Source: Nitrospinota bacterium (GTDB taxonomy: Bacteria > Nitrospinota > Nitrospinia > UBA9942). Taken from it: a DNA stretch of 44,273 bases. Each line of letters begins with the position of its first letter. Positions within the stretch are counted from its first letter, which is position 1. Positions 16,851 through 24,994 of this stretch are shown piece after piece. The position numbers and the translations under genes were made by a program. The notes beneath the pieces were generated by a model, which made no database searches, was not told where the DNA came from, and saw nothing but the letters and a program-made list of their open reading frames with translations. The stretch is from assembly GCA_016234205.1 (NCBI GenBank), contig JACRGN010000086.1, positions 1-44,273 of the forward strand, in the 5' to 3' direction.

Positions 16851-17825
16851 TTACCGTTCCATGTACCTTTTATAAACGGTAATAATAAAAAGCGCTATCA
16901 TAAACTCACCGGATAATGCCTCAAAAACGGCAAACATCTTCCCTATACCCACAGGTGTATAGTCGCCGTATCCGAGGGTAACGAAATTTACCATGCTGTA
17001 ATAGAAGGAATCATACAGGACGCTGAGGTTTTCAGGTAACGATTGAGCTGCGGATAGTTTGTAATACCTTCCCGATGAGTGATGTATGCCTATAAAGCTG
17101 AAAATTACTGAAAACAGTAATACGAATATCAGCAAAAAGCTGATGATTCTATAAGGCATCTCCCCATACCCCGTTGACATATCTATCACCGCAGACCATA
17201 AACGCTCCAGCGAAAAATATGGCATCTGTTTGCGTTTGGCAACCATCTCCCTGTAATAGTATTTTCCTGCCTCATAGGAAAGCCCTCTGCTCTTGAAATT
17301 ATTCTTTATATTCCGGTATACCTCTTCCGCTTCAAAATATTTTTCCTTAGCCTTTTCTATATCCCCTTGCTTTAAATAATGGTCTCCCTCACGCTCGTTT
17401 TTTATTTTTTGGTCATCCCCCAAATTAATATCATGCAATTCAGCATCACCAAAGACAGTTCCCAAAAGGTCGGCATTATCAAGATTCGTACCCTTTAAAT
17501 TTGCCTTATCAAGATCAGCCTTGAAAAGACACGCATTGGAGAGATTCGCCTTGAATAGATGTGCGTTTCGCAGGTCTGCCTTCTTAAAATTCACATTATG
17601 CAAATCAGCCTGTATCAAATTGATGTCTTTTAGATTGGCATTTTTTAGCTGATAACCTTCAAGACGGCATCCTTTTTTATATTTTTCTTCAATCTCCTTT
17701 TTTATATCATCACCACTTTTGTCTGCGGAAGGATTATGCCAGAAACAGTAATCAGAATTACCATCTACAGACTCCTGACAAATCGTTCTGTCACGGAACT
17801 GATATTTGCAATGGACGATAGTCAA
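16851..17825 (-). CDS. Cys-rich N-terminus + pentapeptide repeats + 2-TM potassium-channel pore fusion
   Basis: ANLKDINLIQADLHNVNFKKADLRNAHLFKANLSNACLFKADL pentapeptide run. C-terminal TM-pore-TM region carrying the K+ selectivity filter TLGYGD. Confidence 0.7.
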   Translation of the reverse strand: MTIVHCKYQFRDRTICQESVDGNSDYCFWHNPSADKSGDDIKKEIEEKYKKGCRLEGYQLKNANLKDINLIQADLHNVNFKKADLRNAHLFKANLSNACLFKADLDKANLKGTNLDNADLLGTVFGDAELHDINLGDDQKIKNEREGDHYLKQGDIEKAKEKYFEAEEVYRNIKNNFKSRGLSYEAGKYYYREMVAKRKQMPYFSLERLWSAVIDMSTGYGEMPYRIISFLLIFVLLFSVIFSFIGIHHSSGRYYKLSAAQSLPENLSVLYDSFYYSMVNFVTLGYGDYTPVGIGKMFAVFEALSGEFMIALFIITVYKRYMER

Positions 17826-17837
17826 CCTATATTCCCT

Positions 17838-19070
17838 TCAAAATTCAAGTTTCATCTCCGATAACCTTTTCCGAACCTCTTCCATAACCCTCTTTTCCTC
17901 CTTCTCCCCATTTGCAATGAATGTAGCAGAGAGACGGATATAGTGTCCAACATCATCCCATGGAACTGTAGAGATTAATTTCTCTGTTATAAGATACTCG
18001 GAAAAGTCCTCAGCCAGTTCAAACCTCCTTCCGCCTTTTATACCTTTTGGCGCCCTTACATATAAATAAAAAGAGCCTCCTGGCATTTTTGCATTAAAAC
18101 CAACTGAATTTAATACATCTACCATCATCTTGAGTCTTCTCTTATATTTTTCACAGATGGCATCAGTTATTTCAGGATGCTCCAACGCATGAATACCTGT
18201 CTTTTGTATTGCTATGAACTGTCCTGAATCATAATTGTCCTTTACGAATCCAAACCCGCTTACCACAAGGGGATTGCCTGTTACAAATGCCAGTCTCCAT
18301 CCTGTCATATTAAAAGCCTTTGATAGAGAATGAACCTCCACACCAACATCTTTGGCCCCGGGAATGGAGAGAAAGCTTAAAGGCTTTCCGCTATAATTCA
18401 ATGAAGCATAAGCCGCATCCTGAACTACTACAATATTATTCTCCTTTGCAAACCTTATAACTTTTTTATAGAATTCTGCATTGGCAGTAGCACCTGTTGG
18501 ATTATTGGGATAGTTTAAATAAAGGAGCTTTGCCCTTTTTCTCATATCATTTGGTATTGAATCTAAATCAGGCATAAACCCATTTTCTTCTTTTAATGAC
18601 AGATTATAAACCTCCCCGCCATACCACTTCGTATGAGTTGCTATTACAGGATAGCCCGGCACTGTCATAAGGGTAACATCACCGGGATTTATATAAATAG
18701 CAGGAAACATCGCAAGGGCTGGTTTAGAGCCTATGGAATGGAGCACCTCATTTATAGGGTCAACTGATACCCCATATATCTTTTCCATATACTTTGAGGC
18801 TGCATCCTTGAACTCCTGTATCCCATTGTCTGCATAACCCCTGTTTTCGGGTTTTGTGCACTCAACCTGCATTGTCTTAACAACCTCAGGGAAAGCCATC
18901 TCGTCAGGCTCCCCGACTCCGAGGTCTATAAGCTCAACACGAGGGTTCTTCTCCTTTGCAGCCCTCTTTGCCCTCTTGATTTTTTCAAACTTGTATATCT
19001 TTGTATCCTTCCCAAATTTTTCCCCTCCGAGCCTTTCGGCAAAGATGGACTGTATGTAACTCTCTGCCAT
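17838..19070 (-). CDS. Class I/II PLP aminotransferase, LL-diaminopimelate aminotransferase-like
   Basis: LIDLGVGEPDEM...NNPTG...SLSKAFNMTGWR (PLP lysine), 410 aa. Assigning it to DapL rather than a generic aminotransferase is inference. Confidence 0.6.
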   Translation of the reverse strand: MAESYIQSIFAERLGGEKFGKDTKIYKFEKIKRAKRAAKEKNPRVELIDLGVGEPDEMAFPEVVKTMQVECTKPENRGYADNGIQEFKDAASKYMEKIYGVSVDPINEVLHSIGSKPALAMFPAIYINPGDVTLMTVPGYPVIATHTKWYGGEVYNLSLKEENGFMPDLDSIPNDMRKRAKLLYLNYPNNPTGATANAEFYKKVIRFAKENNIVVVQDAAYASLNYSGKPLSFLSIPGAKDVGVEVHSLSKAFNMTGWRLAFVTGNPLVVSGFGFVKDNYDSGQFIAIQKTGIHALEHPEITDAICEKYKRRLKMMVDVLNSVGFNAKMPGGSFYLYVRAPKGIKGGRRFELAEDFSEYLITEKLISTVPWDDVGHYIRLSATFIANGEKEEKRVMEEVRKRLSEMKLEF

Positions 19071-20113
19071 TAAACCTCCCTATTTATACCCTTTTTCTTT
19101 AATTTTTCTATTAATGTAGTCCTCTTTATACCAAGCAGATTAGCAGCCTTTGCCTTATTCCATTCTACCTTTTTCAATGCCTCAAGTATAAGTTTGTTTT
19201 CAAAATCTTCTACCATTTGATTTAGATTAATGCCACTTTCAGAAATATTTATAGCTGGCTGAGATGTATCTTCAATGGCTGCATTATCAGATATGACCAG
19301 CCGTTCATCTTCAGTATGAATATGGGGCTTCCCATCCCATTTCTGAACCTTTTCAGGCAGGTCTGCCGGCCTTACAATCCCTTTCCCTTTTAATATAACT
19401 GTCCGTTCAATTATATTTTCAAGTTCCCTCACATTCCCGGGCCAGTGATATTCAGATAGACATTTCATTGCCTCCTCTGAAAATCCCTCAATATTCCGGT
19501 TTTTTATGCGGTTGAACTTCAATAAAAAGTGATTTGCCAAGATTGGTATATCCGATTTTCTCTCTCTGAGCGGGGGGATTGAAATGGGGATTACATTTAA
19601 TCTGTAAAAGAGGTCTTCCCTGAATTTATTTGATTCAACCTCCTTCTCCAAATTCCTGTGGGTAGCGGCAATAACCCTGATATCAACCTTCAGGGATTTC
19701 ATTCCGCCCACCCTTTCAAACTCCTGCTCCTGAAGAACCCGTAACATTTTAACTTGAAGGGCAGGGCTCATATCACCTATCTCGTCAAGGAATATCGTGC
19801 CGCTGTCTGCAAGTTCAAACTTCCCCATCCTCATCCTTATGGCACCTGTAAATGAGCCCTTCTCGTGACCAAACAACTCGCTCTCAAGGAGCTCCTCCGG
19901 GATTGCACCGCAATTTACAGGTATAAGGGGTTTGTCTGCCCGTCTGCTGTTATAATGTATCGCCTTTGCAACCAGTTCCTTCCCTGTCCCGCTCTCGCCA
20001 AGTATCAAAATCGTACTGTCATCATCCAATATCTTTTCTACAAGGGATAAGACACCCTTTATCTTCTCGCTTTCCCCTACAATACCGCTAAAGTCAGGTT
20101 TGGTGGCAGGCAT
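19070..20113 (-). CDS. Sigma-54-dependent transcriptional activator (AAA+ plus Fis-type HTH) with no N-terminal sensory domain
   Basis: Walker A GESGTGKE begins about 40 aa from the N-terminus. GSFTGA loop, RERKSDI, and C-terminal AANLLGIKRTTLIEKLKK. Its stop overlaps the aminotransferase ATG (TAATG). Confidence 0.88.
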   Translation of the reverse strand: MPATKPDFSGIVGESEKIKGVLSLVEKILDDDSTILILGESGTGKELVAKAIHYNSRRADKPLIPVNCGAIPEELLESELFGHEKGSFTGAIRMRMGKFELADSGTIFLDEIGDMSPALQVKMLRVLQEQEFERVGGMKSLKVDIRVIAATHRNLEKEVESNKFREDLFYRLNVIPISIPPLRERKSDIPILANHFLLKFNRIKNRNIEGFSEEAMKCLSEYHWPGNVRELENIIERTVILKGKGIVRPADLPEKVQKWDGKPHIHTEDERLVISDNAAIEDTSQPAINISESGINLNQMVEDFENKLILEALKKVEWNKAKAANLLGIKRTTLIEKLKKKGINREV

Positions 20114-20188
20114 ACAAAAAAATTATTAACACATATTGATAGGAGATGTCAAAAGAAATATAGTTTGCACCCTTATTAAGAAAAAACT

Positions 20189-20216
20189 TTGACAAAATGA
20201 ATTGAATTGTTAGAAT
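20189..20216 (+). promoter_or_regulatory. Sigma-70-type promoter for the TPR/beta-barrel OMP gene
   Basis: TTGACA (20189-20194), 16-nt spacer, TAGAAT (20211-20216). Confidence 0.55.
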
Positions 20217-20253
20217 AGTGAGCCTGTTGCACAAATAGCAAAAAAACAGAAAA

Positions 20254-20277
20254 TGTCATGCTGAACTTGTTTCAGCA
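20254..20277. repeat. Small palindromic element GTCATGCTGAAC..GTTTCAGCAT
   Basis: ATGCTGAAACTTGTTTCAGCAT-type hairpin (ATGCTGAA/TTCAGCAT arms) just upstream of the OMP start. Confidence 0.6.
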
Positions 20278-20288
20278 TTTAATAAATT

Positions 20289-21554
20289 ATGCAAAGATAT
20301 TTTTTTCCTATTGCCTTTATCCTGCTATTCCTATTTTCTGCAAAGGTCTATTCTCAGCCTCTACCCTCACAGCCAGACGAACTCAAGCAGGGCATTTTCA
20401 ATCTTAAAGAAGAAAACTACGAAGAGGCAGTGGAGGATTTTAAGAAGGCGAGGGAGTTAAACCCGGACTCATCCATCACTGCATATTATCTCGGCATAGC
20501 CTATAAAAAGATTCAGAACTATCCCGAAGCAAAGACACATCTAAAAGATGCACTCACCCTATCACCAAAGGTTAAGGAGGCAGTCGTTGAACTTGCCGAT
20601 GTATTATATCAACTTGGAGAAATGAAAGAGGCATTAAAAGAGATTGAAATTGCAGATAGTCAGGGTATGAATACACCACAGACCACATTTCTGAAAGGTA
20701 TGCTCCTATTAAAACTTGGAATGGAATCAGATATAGTGATAGAAGAAAATATCATCATATACGGAGGAAAAAACTATTCCTATACCAAAAATGATGATGG
20801 GACTATAACAATAGAAGAAGGTCCACTAAGCAGCAGAAAATTTTATGTAGCCAATAAAGAGGCAAAAGAATCATTCAAGAAGGCAAAAACACTTGACGAA
20901 AAACTCACCACATCATCAGACTTTCAAATCGCAATGGCAACTATGCAGGAGGGGGATTTAAACGAGGCAAGAGATATATTCAAAGAGATTATAATAAAAG
21001 ACCCGAATGCAGACATAGCCCAATTTGCAAACCAGTATATAGATGCAATAACAAAGAGAATCAAAGAAGAAAGGCCATATAGACTCACAGCAGGCATCCA
21101 ATATCAGCATGACAGCAATGTAATATTAAAGCCGGGTGATGTAACAGCATCGGCAGGCATATCCGGAGAGTCTGACAGTGCAGGAATAATCAATCTGAGG
21201 GGAGAATATCTCCCAGGGTTAAAAGCACCATTTGGATTAAAGACACAATATTCTTTATACCAGAACCTTCATGGAAGATTAAAGAATTACGATGTCCAGA
21301 GTCATTCCATTGCAATTGTCCCCAATTACAATCTTACAAGCGGCTCAATAAGCCTTCTCACAAGCTATAACTTAACCCGTGTTGACAATCTTGACTATCT
21401 AAAAACCTTAACCCTCTCACCGACATATACCTTTTTTATTTCAAAAACGCAGTTTGCCACAGGCTCATTAAAATATCAGGATAAAAAATATGTAAAGGCG
21501 CCGACAGGTGCTGATGAGGACAGGGAGGGCAGTGATACTAATATTGGCATCTAA
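20289..21554 (+). CDS. TPR + beta-barrel outer-membrane protein (Slam/DUF560- or YaiO-like), the part upstream of an in-frame TAA
   Basis: Signal peptide, TPR units, then alternating beta-strand sequence (GIQYQHDSNV...). The frame is cut by TAA at 21552-21554. Confidence 0.6.
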   Translation: MQRYFFPIAFILLFLFSAKVYSQPLPSQPDELKQGIFNLKEENYEEAVEDFKKARELNPDSSITAYYLGIAYKKIQNYPEAKTHLKDALTLSPKVKEAVVELADVLYQLGEMKEALKEIEIADSQGMNTPQTTFLKGMLLLKLGMESDIVIEENIIIYGGKNYSYTKNDDGTITIEEGPLSSRKFYVANKEAKESFKKAKTLDEKLTTSSDFQIAMATMQEGDLNEARDIFKEIIIKDPNADIAQFANQYIDAITKRIKEERPYRLTAGIQYQHDSNVILKPGDVTASAGISGESDSAGIINLRGEYLPGLKAPFGLKTQYSLYQNLHGRLKNYDVQSHSIAIVPNYNLTSGSISLLTSYNLTRVDNLDYLKTLTLSPTYTFFISKTQFATGSLKYQDKKYVKAPTGADEDREGSDTNIGI

Positions 21555-21935
21555 TGGTTTTATCTGCTATTTGAAAACAAGGGTTTTATAAATGGACGAT
21601 ATGAATATAACAGAGAGGATGTAAAAGGGAAAAACTGGAAATACTCTGGCAATAGGTTTGGACTGAGTCTCCTTTCTCCACTAACACTGATTACTCAAAA
21701 CTTAACACTAAATTTAGGCGGGGAGGCATACTCACAGAACTTTGATAATACCCATACAGTATTTCTAAAAAAGAGAGGGGACACCACATATACCTTTAAT
21801 ACGATGCTGACATATAACATCTATGATGATGTTGATATTCAGTTGCAGTATGTGGACATCCGGGGTGTTTCAAATATATCAGTTTATGACTATAACAAGA
21901 ATATGGTAACTATTGGTTTGGAGGGGAGGTTTTAA
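21555..21935 (+). pseudogene. Same-frame continuation of the beta-barrel after the in-frame TAA (126 codons, no start codon), ending ...TIGLEGRF
   Basis: My own translation of 21555-21932 in the frame of the upstream ORF is stop-free and ends with the OMP-type terminal Phe (WFYLLFENKGFINGRYEYNREDVKGKNWKYSGNRFGLSLL...GLEGRF). Confidence 0.6.
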
Positions 21936-21956
21936 TTTATCCCGGATTATGCATTA

Positions 21957-22063
21957 ACCACAGATGAACACAGGTAAACACTGATAAAACAAAAACTTAT
22001 TATAATTCTTCTTTCTTTTAATTCATTAAATAACCTGTGTTAATCTGTGTTTACCTGTGGTTT
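21957..22063. repeat. Word palindrome (CACAG-type words) between the convergent OMP and LuxR genes
   Basis: AACCACAGATGAACACAGGTAAACAC ... CCTGTGTTAATCTGTGTTTACCTGTGGTTT, followed by a T run. Confidence 0.85.
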
Positions 22064-22085
22064 CACGCATTTTTTGGGTTTATAT

Positions 22086-22670
22086 CTATCTGGTGTGGGC
22101 TATAATCTCACCTCTTGAGGCAACATTCATCTTTCTCATAATATTTTTAATGTGGTCTTTTACTGTATATTCGCTGATGAATAGTTTTTCTGAGATAGTT
22201 TTATTTGAAAGCCCTTCACTGATGCACTCCAGCACTTCTAATTCTCTATTTGACAGCCCAAATTCTGCCCTAACTTTTTCAATGTCTGTCTGATGTCTTA
22301 AGATTATTTTTTCTAACAGCACAACAATGTGAGTTGGACTTTTGCTTTCAGGATTCCCCATAAAGGAAGCCCTCATAGAGCAAGTACCCATATCACTATG
22401 CAGCACTGCACAATTCAAATCAGTTGAAGCAGTTCCGATTTCATTTGCATTTTTTTTGAGACGATTGCAGAGACTATAAATCTCATTAAGAGTGTTCTGC
22501 CTTTTCTCTCCCTTTGCAGGCTTGCCCTCGAGTGAATCTATCGGGGGCTTCTGCAAATCAGGGAGCATATCCAATGCCTCTTTATTGGAATAGAGGAGAT
22601 TATTATCCATGTCAAAGATAAGCATACCGGGGGCTGAACGTCCTTTTATGATTTCATGCAGGTTGTCCAT
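22086..22670 (-). CDS. LuxR/FixJ-family transcriptional regulator with an N-terminal PAS-like sensor region
   Basis: C-terminal HTH LSNRELEVLECISEGLSNKTISEKLFISEYTVKDHIKNIMRKMNV. Confidence 0.8.
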   Translation of the reverse strand: MDNLHEIIKGRSAPGMLIFDMDNNLLYSNKEALDMLPDLQKPPIDSLEGKPAKGEKRQNTLNEIYSLCNRLKKNANEIGTASTDLNCAVLHSDMGTCSMRASFMGNPESKSPTHIVVLLEKIILRHQTDIEKVRAEFGLSNRELEVLECISEGLSNKTISEKLFISEYTVKDHIKNIMRKMNVASRGEIIAHTR

Positions 22671-22762
22671 AGTGCCAAACCATCTTCCCTTAATCTTTCA
22701 ATATGTTTAATATACAACAAAACGCTCATATTTTACACTATTAAAGGAACAAGAAAAAGATT

Positions 22763-22926
22763 AAGGAGAAATGGGGAAATTAGGGAAAAGGGGAAAAATA
22801 TTAAAAGTGTCAGAGTATCAGAGTATCAAAGTGTCAGAGTAAAAAAACTTTGACACTATGACACTTTGACTCTTTGATACTCTAATTTATCTCTCCATCT
22901 CTCCATCTTCTTCTCCCTTTCTCCTT
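22763..22926. repeat. Two-layer nested word palindrome in the LuxR/PilZ divergent region
   Basis: Outer arms are GGAGAAA-type (22763-22797 / 22890-22926). Inner arms are GTGTCAGAGTATCAGAGTATCAAAGTGTCAGAGT / CTTTGACACTATGACACTTTGACTCTTTGATACTCT. Confidence 0.9.
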
Positions 22927-23035
22927 ATATGTTTTTTATAATTTCCTATACATAAAAAAATCCCACTTTTGAGGGATTGACTGAAAAGCAAATAAATATT
23001 AAAGTTAGTGCAATTTAACATGAGGAGGAGGAAAT

Positions 23036-23371
23036 ATGACTACATTTAATGAAGAGAATAACCGGTTAAAATTGAGAAATCCCTTTAACCACTCATTTTC
23101 TTTTGACCTTATTGATATAGAATTGGGCTATCTGAAGAATGTCAATTGTGCAGGGGTTGGAGTTGATATAAGCGAAACAGGATTAGGGATGGCATCAAAC
23201 CATGCCTTAAAAAAGGCTCAGGTAGTAAAACTCTATTTGCCGTTCTATGAAAAGGATATGCCCTTACCTGTATTTGCAGAGGTGATGTGGTCAAAGGCTG
23301 ACAACAGTTATTTCAGGACAGGTTTAAGATTCTTATACCTGAATGTAACTAACTTCGGGCTTGACCTGTGA
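23036..23371 (+). CDS. PilZ-domain (c-di-GMP-binding) protein
   Basis: 111 aa with RLKLRNPF (RxxxR-like) and GVDISETGLGM (DxSxxG) motifs. Strong SD GAGGAGGAGG. Confidence 0.65.
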   Translation: MTTFNEENNRLKLRNPFNHSFSFDLIDIELGYLKNVNCAGVGVDISETGLGMASNHALKKAQVVKLYLPFYEKDMPLPVFAEVMWSKADNSYFRTGLRFLYLNVTNFGLDL

Positions 23372-23432
23372 TTAAGAGGGTATTTATGGAACAGGCAGAA
23401 TATAAATGTAAATGCTTTGAGTATAGGATGGT

Positions 23433-23505
23433 GTCATTGCGAGGGACTACAGTCCCGAAGCAATCTAAACGGTTAGGGATTGCTTCGTTGTCACTCGCAA
23501 TGACA
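23433..23505. repeat. CATTGCGAG-type palindromic element between the PilZ and FecR genes
   Basis: GTCATTGCGAGGGACTACAGTCCCGAAGCAATC ... GGATTGCTTCGTTGTCACTCGCAATGAC. The right arm supplies the ATG at 23500. Confidence 0.9.
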
Positions 23506-24732
23506 AGAAATATTAAAATCAGGCTCTTAATTTCTTTTATTCTTCTATTCCTTTTCCCCACTCCTTCCTTTGCTGATTCTTCGACAGGCTCAGAAGTCGG
23601 CTCATTTTCAAAAATAGAAGGCAGAGTAGATATACTTAAAGAAGGTGCTCCCACGACTGCCCCTGTAAAGGTCAATGACAATGTCTCTATGGGTGATATA
23701 GTTCGGACAAAAAGTGACGGAAAGGCAGAGATTACATTCAAAGACGACACAACAGTCCGACTTGCCCCTGAAACCCGAATGAAGATAGACGAATATGTCT
23801 TCAATCCTGACAACAGCAGGAAGACAGGGGCTTTAGGTCTATTCAGAGGTAAGGTAAGGGCGGTAGTATCAAAGACAAAGGGCGGCATAATACCTGTAGG
23901 AATAAGCACATCATCATTTAATATAAATACACCAACTGCCATAGCAGGCGTAAAAGGGACAGACTTCTTTGTATTCTACGCTCAAGGCATGACAGGGGTT
24001 ATCTTTAAAGAAGGAAGCGGTTTCGTAGCAAACCCAAACATGCCCGATAAGATTGTGAACATAAATGCAGGACAGATAACCTTTGTAGCAGCCCCTAATG
24101 CCCCGCCATTAACACCAAGACCTGCATCAAATATAGAAATGGCACAACATTCAAAAGATACAACACCGGCAGAAAAACCAAAGGAAAAGAAGGAAGAGGG
24201 GCAGAAACCAAAAGAAGAGAAATCCGAAGTAAAGGAAGCTAAGGCAGAAGATAAAGGGGATAAAGGTAAAGAAGATAAAAAAGATGAAGGTAAATCGGAA
24301 GTAAAAGAGGCAAAGGCAGAGGGGAAGCAAGATGGAGGAGAATCTGAAGGCGAAGGGGAGACATTACTTGCATCCACTTCAGAAGGCACACATGCTGAGA
24401 ACAAAGCAGGTGAAAATCAATCCGAAGGAACACCTCAATCACCAGCCACAGAACAAGCCCCATTAATGACAATGGCAGATAAACCACCTCCAGCAATGGA
24501 AGCAGTAAGTTTCTCGGCAGTTGATATGACAATGGCAGGTCCTGATTTAATGTCTCCAACTATCGGTGGAGATTTGTTTGGATTCGCACCGCCAACTGAT
24601 ATTGGTGTTATACCAGATACAATTGCAACAACAACTACAATACCTGACATATCTACATTATTACCGATTACAGAAACTCAGCCTCAGACACTGAAGAATA
24701 CGGATGTAACAGTGAATGTAGTGTTTCAATGA
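23500..24732 (+). CDS. Secreted FecR-domain protein with a Lys/Glu-rich low-complexity region
   Basis: Signal peptide MTRNIKIRLLISFILLFLFPTPSFA. FecR-type beta domain (VKVNDNVSMGDIVRTKSDGKAEITFKDDTTVRLAPETRM). KSEVKEAKAE occurs twice. Track ORF codons 23368-23499 are repeat DNA. Confidence 0.7.
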   Translation: MTRNIKIRLLISFILLFLFPTPSFADSSTGSEVGSFSKIEGRVDILKEGAPTTAPVKVNDNVSMGDIVRTKSDGKAEITFKDDTTVRLAPETRMKIDEYVFNPDNSRKTGALGLFRGKVRAVVSKTKGGIIPVGISTSSFNINTPTAIAGVKGTDFFVFYAQGMTGVIFKEGSGFVANPNMPDKIVNINAGQITFVAAPNAPPLTPRPASNIEMAQHSKDTTPAEKPKEKKEEGQKPKEEKSEVKEAKAEDKGDKGKEDKKDEGKSEVKEAKAEGKQDGGESEGEGETLLASTSEGTHAENKAGENQSEGTPQSPATEQAPLMTMADKPPPAMEAVSFSAVDMTMAGPDLMSPTIGGDLFGFAPPTDIGVIPDTIATTTTIPDISTLLPITETQPQTLKNTDVTVNVVFQ

Positions 24733-24758
24733 AAAAAACAGAACAAAAACATAATGAA

Positions 24759-24979
24759 ACCACAGAGGCACGGAGGCACAGAGAGGGCAGATAAGAATTA
24801 TGAAACAATCATGTCTATTAATGCCAGACACAAAAAGGGATGAAAATGTCATTGCGAGGGAGCGAAGCGACCGAAGCAATCTAAAAGGCGGGATTGCTTC
24901 GCCGGAGCCTGCCCTGAGCGATGAAACAAGATTGCTTCGCTTCGCTCGCAATGACACAAGCGAAGGGGCTCGCAATGAC
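24759..24979. repeat. Composite repeat cluster (CACAGAGG words plus about 2.5 CATTGCGAG-type units) upstream of the NHL lipoprotein gene
   Basis: AACCACAGAGGCACGGAGGCACAGAGAG; GTCATTGCGAGGGAGCGAAGCGACCGAAGCAATCT; GGATTGCTTCG...ATTGCTTCGCTTCGCTCGCAATGAC; GCTCGCAATGAC. Confidence 0.85.
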
Positions 24980-24994
24980 AAAGTGGGGATTCAG

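Noticed and set aside
20225-20240. Sigma-54 promoter upstream of the TPR/beta-barrel OMP gene (CTGTTGCACAAATAGCA)
   Set aside because: The -24 position reads GT rather than the invariant GG. Taking TTGCAC as the -24 box instead puts the GC element 2 nt too close. A good sigma-70 promoter (20189-20216) explains transcription.
22656-22853. 65-aa ORF in the LuxR/PilZ divergent region, and the 78-aa ORF 22057-22293 antisense to luxR
   Set aside because: The first is translated GGAGAAA/GTGTCAGAG repeat words. The second is a shadow ORF on the opposite strand of a well-supported HTH regulator.
23368-23499. Upstream extension of the FecR-domain ORF that overlaps the PilZ stop
   Set aside because: The codons ...MVSLRGTTVPKQSKRLGIASLSLA are the palindromic element at 23433-23505. 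A proper signal peptide starts at ATG 23500.
24800-24994. N-terminal 65 codons of the track ORF for the NHL protein (MKQSCLLMPDTKRDENVIARERSDRSNLKGGIASPE...)
   Set aside because: This stretch is made entirely of CATTGCGAG-type repeat units. A lipoprotein signal peptide (MKRTILTLTSALTCLLLNSC) begins at GTG 24995 and must be N-terminal to function. I treat the extension as translated repeat DNA.
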